From positions 1,408,001 through 1,472,000 of the forward strand of contig CBDATQ010000001.1 of the NCBI GenBank assembly GCA_965199955.1: a stretch of DNA of 64,000 nt, in the 5' to 3' direction. Each line of letters starts with the position of its first letter. Within the stretch, counting starts at the first letter, position 1. The position numbers and the translations under genes are program-made. Shown here one piece after another: positions 8,784 to 18,057 of the stretch. Source of the DNA: Spirochaetia bacterium. GTDB lineage: Bacteria; Spirochaetota; Spirochaetia; SZUA-6; Bin103. The notes beneath the pieces were generated by a model. The model was not told the origin of the DNA. It worked only from the letters and a program-made list of their open reading frames with translations, and did not search any database.

Positions 8784-10394
8784 CTACCAGTCGACCATCC
8801 TGACGTTCTTGGCGCGCAGATCGTCCCGGTTCTCCTGCACGTACCGGGTCTGGTAGTCGTAGATGAAGCCGAATTCCTCCTGGAACTTCGCGACCTCTTC
8901 GTCGAACTGATCCAGGGTGATCTGCCCGGAGATGGCCTTGGCGATGGCGGCGCTGATGAAGGGGTTGACCTCGCCCGCCTTCTTGCTGACTTCCGGGTCC
9001 GTGGGAACGAACGGCATGTAGCTCAAACCCACCCCACGGTCCTTCTCGATCAGCCACTGCGCGCTGTCGTAGGCGCGCTGCCACTCCATCGGGTGCCGGC
9101 CTTCCTGTACGGCGTACTTGACCTGCGTGGGCCAGAATCCGCTGATGATGCCGAGGTGCAGCGTCCAGTAGTGGGAGTCCGGATCGTCGAGGTCGCGGAA
9201 ATAGAGGCGGTCAGTGGCCATGCGCGCGCCGTCCTGTAGGTTGTATTCCTTGCCCTCCCGGCCCCAGGAGATGACGTCCCACAGCTCGTCGGACGCGAAG
9301 GCCTCGAGCACCCTCCACGCCCGGTCAGGATGCTTGGAGGCGGAGGTGATGCCGGTGCGATGGGAGGAAATCGGGAAGATGTCCACGCCGTAGTTGATGC
9401 TCAGGTCCGCCATGTACCTGGGATCCGTCAGGGCTTCCGGGTACTCGTCGAGCGGCGGCGTGTATACCCACACCTGGCCGGAGTTCAGCATGTTGTCGTA
9501 CCCGGGGATCACCTGGTCGGTGGCGTTGGAGAACATGGAGACGTAGCGCTCAGCTCTCTTCTGAACCCACGCGGCCGTATCGCTGGTGGCGAACTCGGGA
9601 TCCAGGATGCCTTCCTCGAACACCTGACGCCACAGTTTGAGGGCTTCCTTCATGGCGGGAAGCGTGATGTTGTGGTGTACCTCGCCGTCCTGGATGCGCG
9701 TGCCGTAGGGCGGAACGCCGTACCAGAGGAACAGGGTGTCGCCGGTGGCGAACAGCCGTCCGCCCCAGGCCAGACGCGAGGAGAGCGGCGTGGAGTCTTC
9801 ATAGGTGTCCCTGACCCACCGGAGGAAATCGACATATCCGTCGACGGTGCCCGGAAACTCGCCGCCGTTGTACTCTTCGAGCAGGTCGTAGCGCACCAGG
9901 TTCCCCCAGCCGGGCTCACGCGCGCTCATCACCATGGGCATGGCGAAGTGGAGTCCGTTCGGCGTCGCGGCCAGGTCGAACGCGAGCTGCGAGACCCGCG
10001 ATTGCATGATTTCGGAGTTGTCGTAGTACGGCTGGAGATCGATGAACGCGCCCGCATCGGCGGCGTTTTCCAGATCCGCCTTCTGCCAGCCGTGGACGAT
10101 GTCGGGCAGGTTGCCGGAAGCCAGCAGCAGATTGATCTTGGTGGCGAAATCCTGGTAGTTCGGAACCTCCAGAACGAGGTCGACGTTGGCGAGCTGTTCG
10201 ACGACGTCGATCGCCCAGTTGCTGCTTGGGTCGACTTCGGCCGGGTGCGGGACGCCGGAGTTCCCCATGAACATGTGGACGGTCACCGTCTCTTCCGCCG
10301 CCGCCTCGGACTCGGCGGAGCTCCAGCCCAGCGGCGTCACACACAGCGCAAGGAGCGCCGCGATGCCCGCTACGATAGATGCCCGGTTCTTCAT
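8784..10394 (-). CDS. Extracellular solute-binding protein, family 1 (LplA-like)
   Basis: Signal peptide; KINLLLASGNLPDIV, EGILDPEF, WGREGKEY; upstream of two sugar permeases. Confidence 0.9.
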   Translation of the reverse strand: MKNRASIVAGIAALLALCVTPLGWSSAESEAAAEETVTVHMFMGNSGVPHPAEVDPSSNWAIDVVEQLANVDLVLEVPNYQDFATKINLLLASGNLPDIVHGWQKADLENAADAGAFIDLQPYYDNSEIMQSRVSQLAFDLAATPNGLHFAMPMVMSAREPGWGNLVRYDLLEEYNGGEFPGTVDGYVDFLRWVRDTYEDSTPLSSRLAWGGRLFATGDTLFLWYGVPPYGTRIQDGEVHHNITLPAMKEALKLWRQVFEEGILDPEFATSDTAAWVQKRAERYVSMFSNATDQVIPGYDNMLNSGQVWVYTPPLDEYPEALTDPRYMADLSINYGVDIFPISSHRTGITSASKHPDRAWRVLEAFASDELWDVISWGREGKEYNLQDGARMATDRLYFRDLDDPDSHYWTLHLGIISGFWPTQVKYAVQEGRHPMEWQRAYDSAQWLIEKDRGVGLSYMPFVPTDPEVSKKAGEVNPFISAAIAKAISGQITLDQFDEEVAKFQEEFGFIYDYQTRYVQENRDDLRAKNVRMVDW

Positions 10395-10405
10395 GAACTG
10401 CCTCC

Positions 10406-10431
10406 AAAAAAATCGGTCCCCCGAGGGACCG
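10406..10431 (-). terminator. Intrinsic-terminator-like hairpin plus U7 abutting the SBP Shine-Dalgarno
   Basis: Minus strand reads CGGTCCC-TCGG-GGGACCG-A-TTTTTTT-GGAGG-CAGTTC-ATG. Confidence 0.6.
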
Positions 10432-10481
10432 TGGTGGAACTTGCGCGGCCAAGCTACTGCACGACCCTCCGGAGACGCAAG

Positions 10482-11021
10482 CTACGCCCCGTCGAAGTCG
10501 GCGCGGAGCACGTACATCATGACGGTGCCGTGCAGCTCGCCGTCGTGGTACCAGGAGTCCGGCCAGTAGCCGCACCGCTTGAAGCCGCACTTCTCGTAGC
10601 ATCGGATCGCGCGCTTGTTGAACGAGTGCGCGGTGAGCCTGACGTTGTTCAGGTTGAGGGTGTGGAACGCGAAGCGCAGCAGCAGCCGCACGGCGTCGGT
10701 GCCGAAGCCGCGGTTCCAGAAGCGCTTGTCGCCGATCAGGATGCCGAGGTCGCCGGTGCGGTCCACGGCGCTCACGTCGCCGACGCCGCAGTTGCCGATC
10801 AGCTCGTCGCCGTCCAGCGCGACGATGGCGAAGTGATAGGGCTCCCCGGCCAGGCTGGCCAGCGCGTCCCGCTCGCCGGCGACGGTGACGATGCGGCGGG
10901 TGAAGGTGATGCCGGCGGCGACTTCCGCATCGTTGAGCCACGCGGTATAAGTCGGCGCGTCGTCCGGGTCGATCGGTGACAGGTAACACTGCTCGCCGAC
11001 CAGCTTCTTGAAGTACGCCAT
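10482..11021 (-). CDS. GNAT N-acetyltransferase (RimJ/RimL/SpeG-like), copy 2
   Basis: GILIGDKRFWNRGFGTDA, FNKRAIRCYEKCGF; 179 aa. Confidence 0.9.
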   Translation of the reverse strand: MAYFKKLVGEQCYLSPIDPDDAPTYTAWLNDAEVAAGITFTRRIVTVAGERDALASLAGEPYHFAIVALDGDELIGNCGVGDVSAVDRTGDLGILIGDKRFWNRGFGTDAVRLLLRFAFHTLNLNNVRLTAHSFNKRAIRCYEKCGFKRCGYWPDSWYHDGELHGTVMMYVLRADFDGA

Positions 11022-11052
11022 GGCGGAGTATGCCGGGGAACGGCGGGTGCCG

Positions 11053-11592
11053 CTACCCGGCCGCGAAGTTGGCGCGGAGCAGGTGCATGAAGACGCTGCC
11101 GTGTAGCGCCCCGTCGTGGTACCAGGAGTCCGGCCAGTAGCCGCACCGCTTGAAGCCGCACTTCTCGTAGCATCGGATCGCCCGTTGGTTGAACGCGTGT
11201 GCCGTAAGCTTGATGTTGTTCAGGTTGAGCGCGAGGAAGGCGAATCGCAGCAACAGCCGCACGGCGTCGGTGCCGAAGCCGCGATCCCAGAACCGCTTGT
11301 CGCCGATCATGATGCCGAGCCTGCCGGTGCGGTCGACGGCGCTGACATCGTCGATGCCGCAACCGCCCAGCAGCCTATCGCCTTCCAGCGCGACGATGGC
11401 GAAGTGATATGGCCGCTCGGCGAGCTTGGCGAGCGCGTCCCGCTCGCCCGCGACGTTCAATATGCGGCGTGTGACGCCGACGCTGGCGGCCACCTCCGGG
11501 TCGTTGAGCCACTCGGTGAACGCCGACGCGTGGTCGGTGTCGATCGGCGACAGGTAGCACTTGTCACCGACGAGCTTCTTGAAATGAGCCAT
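11053..11592 (-). CDS. GNAT N-acetyltransferase (RimJ/RimL/SpeG-like), copy 1
   Basis: True start MAHFKKLVG at 11592 by alignment with the neighbouring paralogue; same motifs, same 179-aa length. Confidence 0.9.
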   Translation of the reverse strand: MAHFKKLVGDKCYLSPIDTDHASAFTEWLNDPEVAASVGVTRRILNVAGERDALAKLAERPYHFAIVALEGDRLLGGCGIDDVSAVDRTGRLGIMIGDKRFWDRGFGTDAVRLLLRFAFLALNLNNIKLTAHAFNQRAIRCYEKCGFKRCGYWPDSWYHDGALHGSVFMHLLRANFAAG

Positions 11593-11691
11593 GATGGAGT
11601 ATCCCGGAGACGGCGGACCGGCGTCAGCACCGAATGCCGACGGCTCGGAGTATGATGCCGGCACGGTGAGCGATCCGGCGTTTCCGCGGTC

Positions 11692-12636
11692 ATGAGCGGC
11701 AAACCTATGATGGTGAAGGCGTTTGCGCCGGCCACCGTCGCCAACGTGGCGTCGGGTTTCGACGTGCTGGGGATTGCCGTGTCGCATCCCGGCGACACCG
11801 TGGAGGCGCGCCGCACGGAGGCCGGCGCGGTGACCCTGCGGGAAGTCACCGGGGACGGCGGGCGCCTGCCGCGCGACGGGCGCAACACCGCCGTGATCGC
11901 CGTGCGCGCTCTGCTGGAGCGGCTGGGCGAACCGTTCGGGGTCGAGCTGGCACTGCACAAGGGCATGCCAATGGCCTCCGGACTGGGGGGCTCGGCGGCC
12001 AGCGCCGCCGCGGCGCTGATCGCCGTGAACCGGCTGGCCGGCGATGCCATGCCGCCGGAGGAGCTGCTGCCCTGCGCGCTGGCGGCGGAGCGGGCCGCCG
12101 CCGGCGCCGGCCACGCCGACAACGCGGCGCCCGCCTTGCTGGGAGGTGTCGTCCTGATCCGCAGCAGCGACCCGCCGGACCTGGTACGCCTGCCGGTGCC
12201 GGCCGGCCTGGCCGTGGCCCTGCTCAGTCCCGACGTCGAGATCCGCACCGCGGCGGCGCGGCGCATGCTCCCCACGCAGATTCCGCTCACCCACGCTGTG
12301 GCGCAGTGGGGGAACCTGGCGGCGCTGGTGGCGTCGCTGCACTCCGGGGACCTGGCGCTGATGGGCCGCTCGCTGTGCGACGTGGTGGCCGAGCCGGTGC
12401 GGGCGGCGCTCATCCCGGAGTTCGACCGCGTGAAGCAGGCGGCGCTGGCCGGCGGCGCGATCGGTTGCTCCATATCCGGTTCCGGTCCGGCGGTGTTCGC
12501 CCTGGCGGCGTCCACGGCGCGGGCCGCCTCCGTGGGGGAGGCCATGAAGAGCGCGTTCGCAGCCGCCGGGCTCAAGGCCGTCAGCTATGTGTCGGAGATC
12601 GGCACGTCCGGGCCGCGCGTGCTGGCGGAGCGCTGA
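11692..12636 (+). CDS. thrB: Homoserine kinase
   Basis: APATVANVASGFDVLG, PMASGLGGSAAS (GHMP motif), HADNAAP, ISGSGP. Confidence 0.95.
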   Translation: MSGKPMMVKAFAPATVANVASGFDVLGIAVSHPGDTVEARRTEAGAVTLREVTGDGGRLPRDGRNTAVIAVRALLERLGEPFGVELALHKGMPMASGLGGSAASAAAALIAVNRLAGDAMPPEELLPCALAAERAAAGAGHADNAAPALLGGVVLIRSSDPPDLVRLPVPAGLAVALLSPDVEIRTAAARRMLPTQIPLTHAVAQWGNLAALVASLHSGDLALMGRSLCDVVAEPVRAALIPEFDRVKQAALAGGAIGCSISGSGPAVFALAASTARAASVGEAMKSAFAAAGLKAVSYVSEIGTSGPRVLAER

Positions 12637-12663
12637 GTCGGGCGCGGATCGGGGAGGACGGCG

Positions 12664-14007
12664 GTGCAGGTCTGCTCCACCCGTGACCGCGGCATGCGCC
12701 TGTCGTTCAGCGCGTCGCTCCTGGCCGGGCTGCCTCCGAAAGGCGGGCTCTACCAGCCCGATCCGCCCCCGGACCTGAGGGGCGAGATCGCCGCCCTACC
12801 GGAAGGGGCTTCGTTCCGGGAGGTGTCGGCGGCCGCCACCTCCCGGTTGCTGGAGGAGGAACTGGCGGCGTCGCCCGGCGGGTGGGTGGCGACGGCAGAC
12901 TCCCTGGTCGAGGAGGCGTTTCCGTTCGCGCCCGCGCTGAGCCGGCTGCATGACGGCATCGTCCTGCTGGAGCTCTTCCACGGCCCCACCTGCGCCTTCA
13001 AGGACTTCGGCGCGTCGTTCCTGGCCACGCTGCTTGCGCGCCAGCTCCGCGCGAGCCCCGGCGGACAGCGTGTCGTGGTGCTGGTCGCGACCTCCGGCGA
13101 CACCGGCGGCGCGGTGGCGCGCGCCTTCTGGCGGCGCAGCGGCATCGACGTGGTGCTGCTCTACCCATCTGGCCGCATCAGCCGCCTGCAGGAGCAGCAG
13201 CTCACCGCGCTGGGCGGCAACGTGCACGCGCTGGAGGTGGCAGGCTCGTTCGACGACTGCCAGCGCCTGGTGAAGGCGGCGCTGGCCGATCCGGAGCTGG
13301 CGGCGGCGGCGCGGCTGTGCCCGGCCAACTCCATCAGCCTGGGCCGCCTGCTGCCGCAAGCGTTCTACTACCTGTTTGCGGGCGTGCGCCTCGGCTCCCA
13401 CGGGCGGCCCCTGTTCTGCGTGCCCAGCGGCAACTTCGGCAACCTGACCGCCGGCGTGTACGCCGCCTGGTGGGGGTTGCCTGTCGCCGGGTTCCTGGCG
13501 GCAACCAACCGCAACGACGTGGTTCCGCGGTACCTCGAAACCGGCGAGCTGGCCCAACATCCGAGCTTCGCCACGCTGTCCAATGCCATGGACGTGGGCG
13601 ACCCCTCCAACTTCGAGCGCATCCTGGCGCGCTGGGAACACGACCATGCGGCCGTGCGCGCCCACCTGCTAGGCTGCGCGGTCAGCGACGCCGACACCCT
13701 GGCCACCATGCGCGACGTGCACCGCCGCGACGGCCGGCTGGTGGATCCGCACACCGCCGTGGGCATCGCTGCGGCTCGGCGCCTGCGCGAATCCAGCGGC
13801 GTGGACGCCGGCAGGCCGCTGGTGGTGCTGGCCACCGCCGACGCCGGGAAGTTCCCGGAGACCGTGCGCCGGGCCACCGGCGTCGAGCCGCCGATCCCGC
13901 CATCACTGCAAGAGCTCCTGGCGCGTCCCAAGCAGGCGACGCCGCTGGAGCCACGCTCTGCGGCGCTGCGCGCGTTCATCCTCGAGCGTGCCGCCGCCGG
14001 CGGCTGA
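12664..14007 (+). CDS. thrC: Threonine synthase
   Basis: LELFHGPTCAFKDFG (PLP lysine), ATSGDTG, VPSGNFGN, DPHTAVG; follows thrB. Confidence 0.95.
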   Translation: MQVCSTRDRGMRLSFSASLLAGLPPKGGLYQPDPPPDLRGEIAALPEGASFREVSAAATSRLLEEELAASPGGWVATADSLVEEAFPFAPALSRLHDGIVLLELFHGPTCAFKDFGASFLATLLARQLRASPGGQRVVVLVATSGDTGGAVARAFWRRSGIDVVLLYPSGRISRLQEQQLTALGGNVHALEVAGSFDDCQRLVKAALADPELAAAARLCPANSISLGRLLPQAFYYLFAGVRLGSHGRPLFCVPSGNFGNLTAGVYAAWWGLPVAGFLAATNRNDVVPRYLETGELAQHPSFATLSNAMDVGDPSNFERILARWEHDHAAVRAHLLGCAVSDADTLATMRDVHRRDGRLVDPHTAVGIAAARRLRESSGVDAGRPLVVLATADAGKFPETVRRATGVEPPIPPSLQELLARPKQATPLEPRSAALRAFILERAAAGG

Positions 14008-14011
14008 CCCG

Positions 14012-15141
14012 CTATGGCGAAAGGAACCGCCTCGAGGCTGCCGCGATGTCCGGGTACTCGCCTGCGGCCACGGCGCCACAGAGAGCCGCGCCGACCGCCG
14101 CGGCCTCCGCATTGGGCGACCGTGCGCGTCCGGTGCCCATCTGCCGCGCCGTCTGGCACGAAGTCGCGCAGCGCTCGCAGCGTCCGGCCCCCCCACGCCC
14201 AGGCCGGCCAGCAGATGGCCCTGCTCGATGTAGGGCCGCAGCTCCAGCCAGCCGTGGTCGAACGGCTTACCGGGCGTTCGCAGCGGCTCCAGGTCACCCA
14301 CGAAGACGCTGCATTGTCCGGCGGTGCCGACGTTGACGGCCACGGAGGCGTCGCGGTCGGCGACCGCACCGGCGTACGAGCACTGCATGTCACCGGAGGC
14401 GACGGAGACCGGCACGGCTGGCCGCAGTCCCATCGCGTCTGCCATCTCCGGCCGGAGCCGCCCGCCCGGCCGGCAGGAGCGCACCACCTCCGGCAACAGC
14501 GACGGGTCCAGTCCGAGCCGCCGGACCAGATCCTGGTTCCAGACTCCGCTGATCACGTCGAACACCCCCCAGCCGGCGGCGACCGCCCGCGGCCCCGTCA
14601 GCCGGGCGACCAGGAGCTCCGGTGCGGTACCCGCGCGCGCACCTGCCGGCAGCTCACCGGCCTGCTGGAGCCAGAACAGCAGCGGGACGGTGAACCCATG
14701 CGCCAGGGGGCAACCGGAATCGGCAAAGCGCGGACGCTGTCCGCTCGGGGTGATGGCGCCACCGCGCTCGGCCATCAGGTCGAGCCAGATCCCGCTGCCG
14801 GCCTGACCTGCCGCGGGCTCGGCGGTGCGGCGGTCCTGCCAGCCGATGTACGGACCGATCGCGGTTCCGTCTGCGGCCAGCACCTGGCAGCCCTTCTGCT
14901 GTCCGGTGACGCCGATCGCCTCGACGGCAGCCCCCGCGCATGCCTCCCCGGCACACAACAGGGCCAGGTCGAGCATGCGCTCGAAGTTCCATTCCGACCG
15001 CCCGCGAGCCCGGTCGGCGGGCGAGGTCAACTCCGCGTCGTTGGCGCGGGAGCTGATGGCGGTCACAGCGCGAGCCGCGGTATCGATCACCACCGCCGTG
15101 ATGCTGGTGGAGCCCAGGTCCAGTCCGAGGTAGCGGCTCAC
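14012..15141 (-). pseudogene. FGGY carbohydrate kinase (xylulo/sedoheptulokinase-like), multiply disrupted
   Basis: YLGLDLGSTS, IGVTGQQKG, WQDRR, SGDMQC, NVGTAGQ. Frameshift in a G7 run (14188-14194) leads to GGRTLRALRDF. The true C-terminus NAEAAAVGAALCGAVAAGEYPDIAAAS...SP* is in a third frame; most of the C-domain is missing. Confidence 0.8.
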
Positions 15142-15163
15142 GGCGTCGTGCTCCTGGTCCGCG

Positions 15164-16393
15164 TCAGAACATCCAGTCAAACTGCGGCAGCGGCAGCAGC
15201 AGGGCGCGGTCCAGGTCGGCCAGCAGTTCCGCCGGTCCGGCCAGGTCGTCGGTAAGCGCCAGCGAGCTGGCCGGCCGCACGCCGGCCCAGAGGCGTGAGA
15301 AGGCGCCCGCGGACGCGCGCAGCTCCGCGAGGCCGGCGCGGTGGCCGGGCTCGACCTCGGATACTTCGGCCAGCGTGACCCGATACGCGCCGGCGATCCC
15401 CCGCCAGCCGCCCTGCGCCGTCGTCCCGTCCAGGTAGCGCTCGATCGGATCGGTGAGCGTCAGGTTGAAGCGCACGGGCCGGTGGGTCCGGGTGGCGGCG
15501 ATACAGCGCTGCAGGTCCAGGATGCGGATCTGCTGCCACGCCACGTACTGGAAGCGCTGCTCGTGCCTGGCGTTGCGCATGGCAGCGAGCCCGCGCAGCG
15601 GCTGGTGGAGCAGGTCCTGCACCTGCAGATGCACAGGCTCGGGCATCCGTACCTGGTGGACCTGGTCCGACAGGGAGGTGATCAGCGCCAGCAACTCCAG
15701 CAACTGGTGACCGTCCTCGTAGGCCAGCCACCAGATCGAGTACGGACCGTTCTCGTTCTCGGCTTCCGCGTAGAGGTGGTGGGTCAGCCGGTCGCCTGCG
15801 AAATAGCCGAGCCCGAAGCCGTTCTTCGCCCAGCGCAGGTCCATCTCCGTCGCCGCCGAGTCGTCGAAGACCACCGAACCGTGCGCGCGCATCCGCGCGC
15901 AGCGGTTGGCGTGCATCGGCGCGGTATGATCGACGGAGAGCCGCCGCGGAGGCCGTGCCTCGCATGGGACGCGGAGCTTGGCCGGATCGAACCTCAGGTC
16001 GAGGTTGTTGGGCATGCAGCCGAACCCGAGCCGGTTGTAGAACCCCTGTTCGAACATCCCAAGCCCGGCGACCGCCGCGCCGCTGCCGGCGGCCTCCGCC
16101 AGCGCCGCCGCCGTGACCCGGCCCGCCAGCCCCTGGCGGCGCGCCACCCGGCTGGTGGTCACCGCCATCACCCCGCACAGGTCGAGGTCCGCATCCCGGT
16201 AGCGCATCGAGCCGCGGCTGGTGAACACCGAGCACTCCGCGTCGCCGTCGATACGCGCGACCCAGCCGTCCATGCGGCGCATGCCGACGTCGAGCGCACG
16301 CTCGTGCGTGTCCTCCTCGACCCAGCCGGCCTCCCGCCACATGCGGACGACGGCCTTCGCGTCGCGCTCCCGGTCCAGCCGCTCCGGCGTCAC
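15164..16393 (-). CDS. Eis-like GNAT acetyltransferase with SCP2-like C-terminus
   Basis: AVTTSRVARRQGLA acetyl-CoA motif, FEQGFYNRLGFG, C-terminal ...PQFDWMF. GTGA overlap with the upstream gene. Confidence 0.8.
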   Translation of the reverse strand: MTPERLDRERDAKAVVRMWREAGWVEEDTHERALDVGMRRMDGWVARIDGDAECSVFTSRGSMRYRDADLDLCGVMAVTTSRVARRQGLAGRVTAAALAEAAGSGAAVAGLGMFEQGFYNRLGFGCMPNNLDLRFDPAKLRVPCEARPPRRLSVDHTAPMHANRCARMRAHGSVVFDDSAATEMDLRWAKNGFGLGYFAGDRLTHHLYAEAENENGPYSIWWLAYEDGHQLLELLALITSLSDQVHQVRMPEPVHLQVQDLLHQPLRGLAAMRNARHEQRFQYVAWQQIRILDLQRCIAATRTHRPVRFNLTLTDPIERYLDGTTAQGGWRGIAGAYRVTLAEVSEVEPGHRAGLAELRASAGAFSRLWAGVRPASSLALTDDLAGPAELLADLDRALLLPLPQFDWMF

Positions 16394-18057
16394 GGACGCC
16401 TCAGCACGACGCGGCCATCGCCGCCGGTGCCGCCGAGCACGCGGATCACCCCGATCTCGGCGCCAGCCTCGGCGCCGCGGGCGCGCACGAACCACTCGAC
16501 GATACGGCTGCCGGTGAGCGCGCGCAGGTGTCCCAGGTCGAGATGGCCTCGCGCCGACAGCAGCTCCACGCCGCCGGCCGACATCAGGCTGGCGCGCACC
16601 GGCTGCAGGCGCGGCAGCCCGAGCCCCTGGTTGGTGATGTTGGTCGGCAGCCGCCCGCGGTTGGCGATGCGCGCGCGGATGCGGTAGACGTCGCCGCCCA
16701 CCGGGGCGACCTCGACTTCCTCCGCCTGTATCCGCGGATGCCGCTCGGCGAACGAGCGCGTGAAGCGGTAGGCGCCGTCCACCATCAGCGCAAGCGCCGG
16801 CACCAGCGGATTGTCGATCGCCGTGAACAGCAGGCCGCCCAGCTCGACCGGGCCGAGCTGCGGGTGGTCGAACCGCCGCCACGGCTCGAACAGCGGGTGG
16901 CGCCGTCCGTCCTCGTCCCACCATCGGAGGAGCTGCCGGTACATCGCGTCGATCCCGTCCCGGTCGCGGGAGCGTTCGTGCCACTCGTGGGCGGACACGC
17001 CCGCGGCGTTGACGATCGTGCCCAGCTCCACGTCGAAGCCGGGGATGCCGAGCTGGTGATAGGCGAAGCCGAGCGCGTGGCCGCGCCTGCCGCCGCTGCG
17101 GCCGCCGGGTCCGGTCGGATCGCTGAGGGCGACGGCCGGGCTGTCGATCGCCGCCGCTCCCTCCTGCGCCAGCTCCTCCAGGAGCGCGTCGTCGCCGGGA
17201 TCCAGGTCCTCGCGCGGGCCCCACGCAGGCGGCCGGATCACCGACGCCGAGCCGCAGTGGTAGCCCAGGATCCCGCACAGCTTGGGCTGCTTGAAGATGA
17301 ACTCGGCGAGCGACCGCATCTCCGGCTCGCTGAACGGGTAGTCGCCGGCGCCCTGCTGCTCGCCCTCGTGCCGCCAGTCGTCCGACCAGTTGCGGTTGAA
17401 GTCGAAGCTGCGCCCGGCGTGCAGCTCCGGCGCGCCGGGGTAGAAGGAGTGCAGGCCGCCGATGCGGACGTCGTCGGTGCCGTCCCAGTCGTTGATCATC
17501 CCCTCCGGGAAGACCCGGTAGAAGGGGCCGGGCGAGGTGGGCCGCCGGTCGACCAGCAGCCGCGGCTCCTCCGGGTCGCAGACGTAGGTGCCGTCCGGGT
17601 GCTCCTGGCGGATCGTCAGGATCAGCCCGTCGCCGTCGATGTCCGCGGAGTAGATGGTGTTGGGAGCGCGGTTGACCGAGTCGGTGCGGCTGCGGACGCG
17701 GGCGGTGGTGGCCACGCAGAACTCGGAGGCGTCCGGGCACAGCCGCGGGACCAGGTAGAGGACCACGCGCGACAGCAGCCCGCCGCGCTCGTGGTCCTCC
17801 AGCAGGCGGTGCGCCGTGTACAGGGGACCGTGCGTGGAGGCCGGCTCGTGCGCGTGGATGCCGCCGTGGACGAGGAAGGCCGGCCGCTCGGACGGATCGC
17901 CGGAGTCGAACTCCGTGACGGTGAGCAGGTGGAGGTCGCGGCCCTGGGCCGTGCGGCCTATGGAGCCTGCCCGGCAGAGCGCGGGGTGGGCGTCGGCCAG
18001 CTCCCGCACCACGGCGCTGATCTCATCGTACGTGTAGAAGTGGTCGAACTGGATCAT
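16390..18057 (-). CDS. M14 zinc metallocarboxypeptidase family protein
   Basis: SIGRTAQGR, GIHAHE (HxxE), DFNRNW, YPFSEPE, YH, VELG. Confidence 0.9.
   Translation of the reverse strand: MIQFDHFYTYDEISAVVRELADAHPALCRAGSIGRTAQGRDLHLLTVTEFDSGDPSERPAFLVHGGIHAHEPASTHGPLYTAHRLLEDHERGGLLSRVVLYLVPRLCPDASEFCVATTARVRSRTDSVNRAPNTIYSADIDGDGLILTIRQEHPDGTYVCDPEEPRLLVDRRPTSPGPFYRVFPEGMINDWDGTDDVRIGGLHSFYPGAPELHAGRSFDFNRNWSDDWRHEGEQQGAGDYPFSEPEMRSLAEFIFKQPKLCGILGYHCGSASVIRPPAWGPREDLDPGDDALLEELAQEGAAAIDSPAVALSDPTGPGGRSGGRRGHALGFAYHQLGIPGFDVELGTIVNAAGVSAHEWHERSRDRDGIDAMYRQLLRWWDEDGRRHPLFEPWRRFDHPQLGPVELGGLLFTAIDNPLVPALALMVDGAYRFTRSFAERHPRIQAEEVEVAPVGGDVYRIRARIANRGRLPTNITNQGLGLPRLQPVRASLMSAGGVELLSARGHLDLGHLRALTGSRIVEWFVRARGAEAGAEIGVIRVLGGTGGDGRVVLRRP

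Noticed and set aside
11593..11691. Threonine attenuator or leader peptide upstream of thrB
   Set aside because: No Thr/Ile-rich mini-ORF, T-box or terminator; thrA is simply elsewhere or absent.
14188..14194. Phase variation via the G7 tract in the FGGY kinase
   Set aside because: Further deletions destroy the gene, so the tract cannot switch it on.
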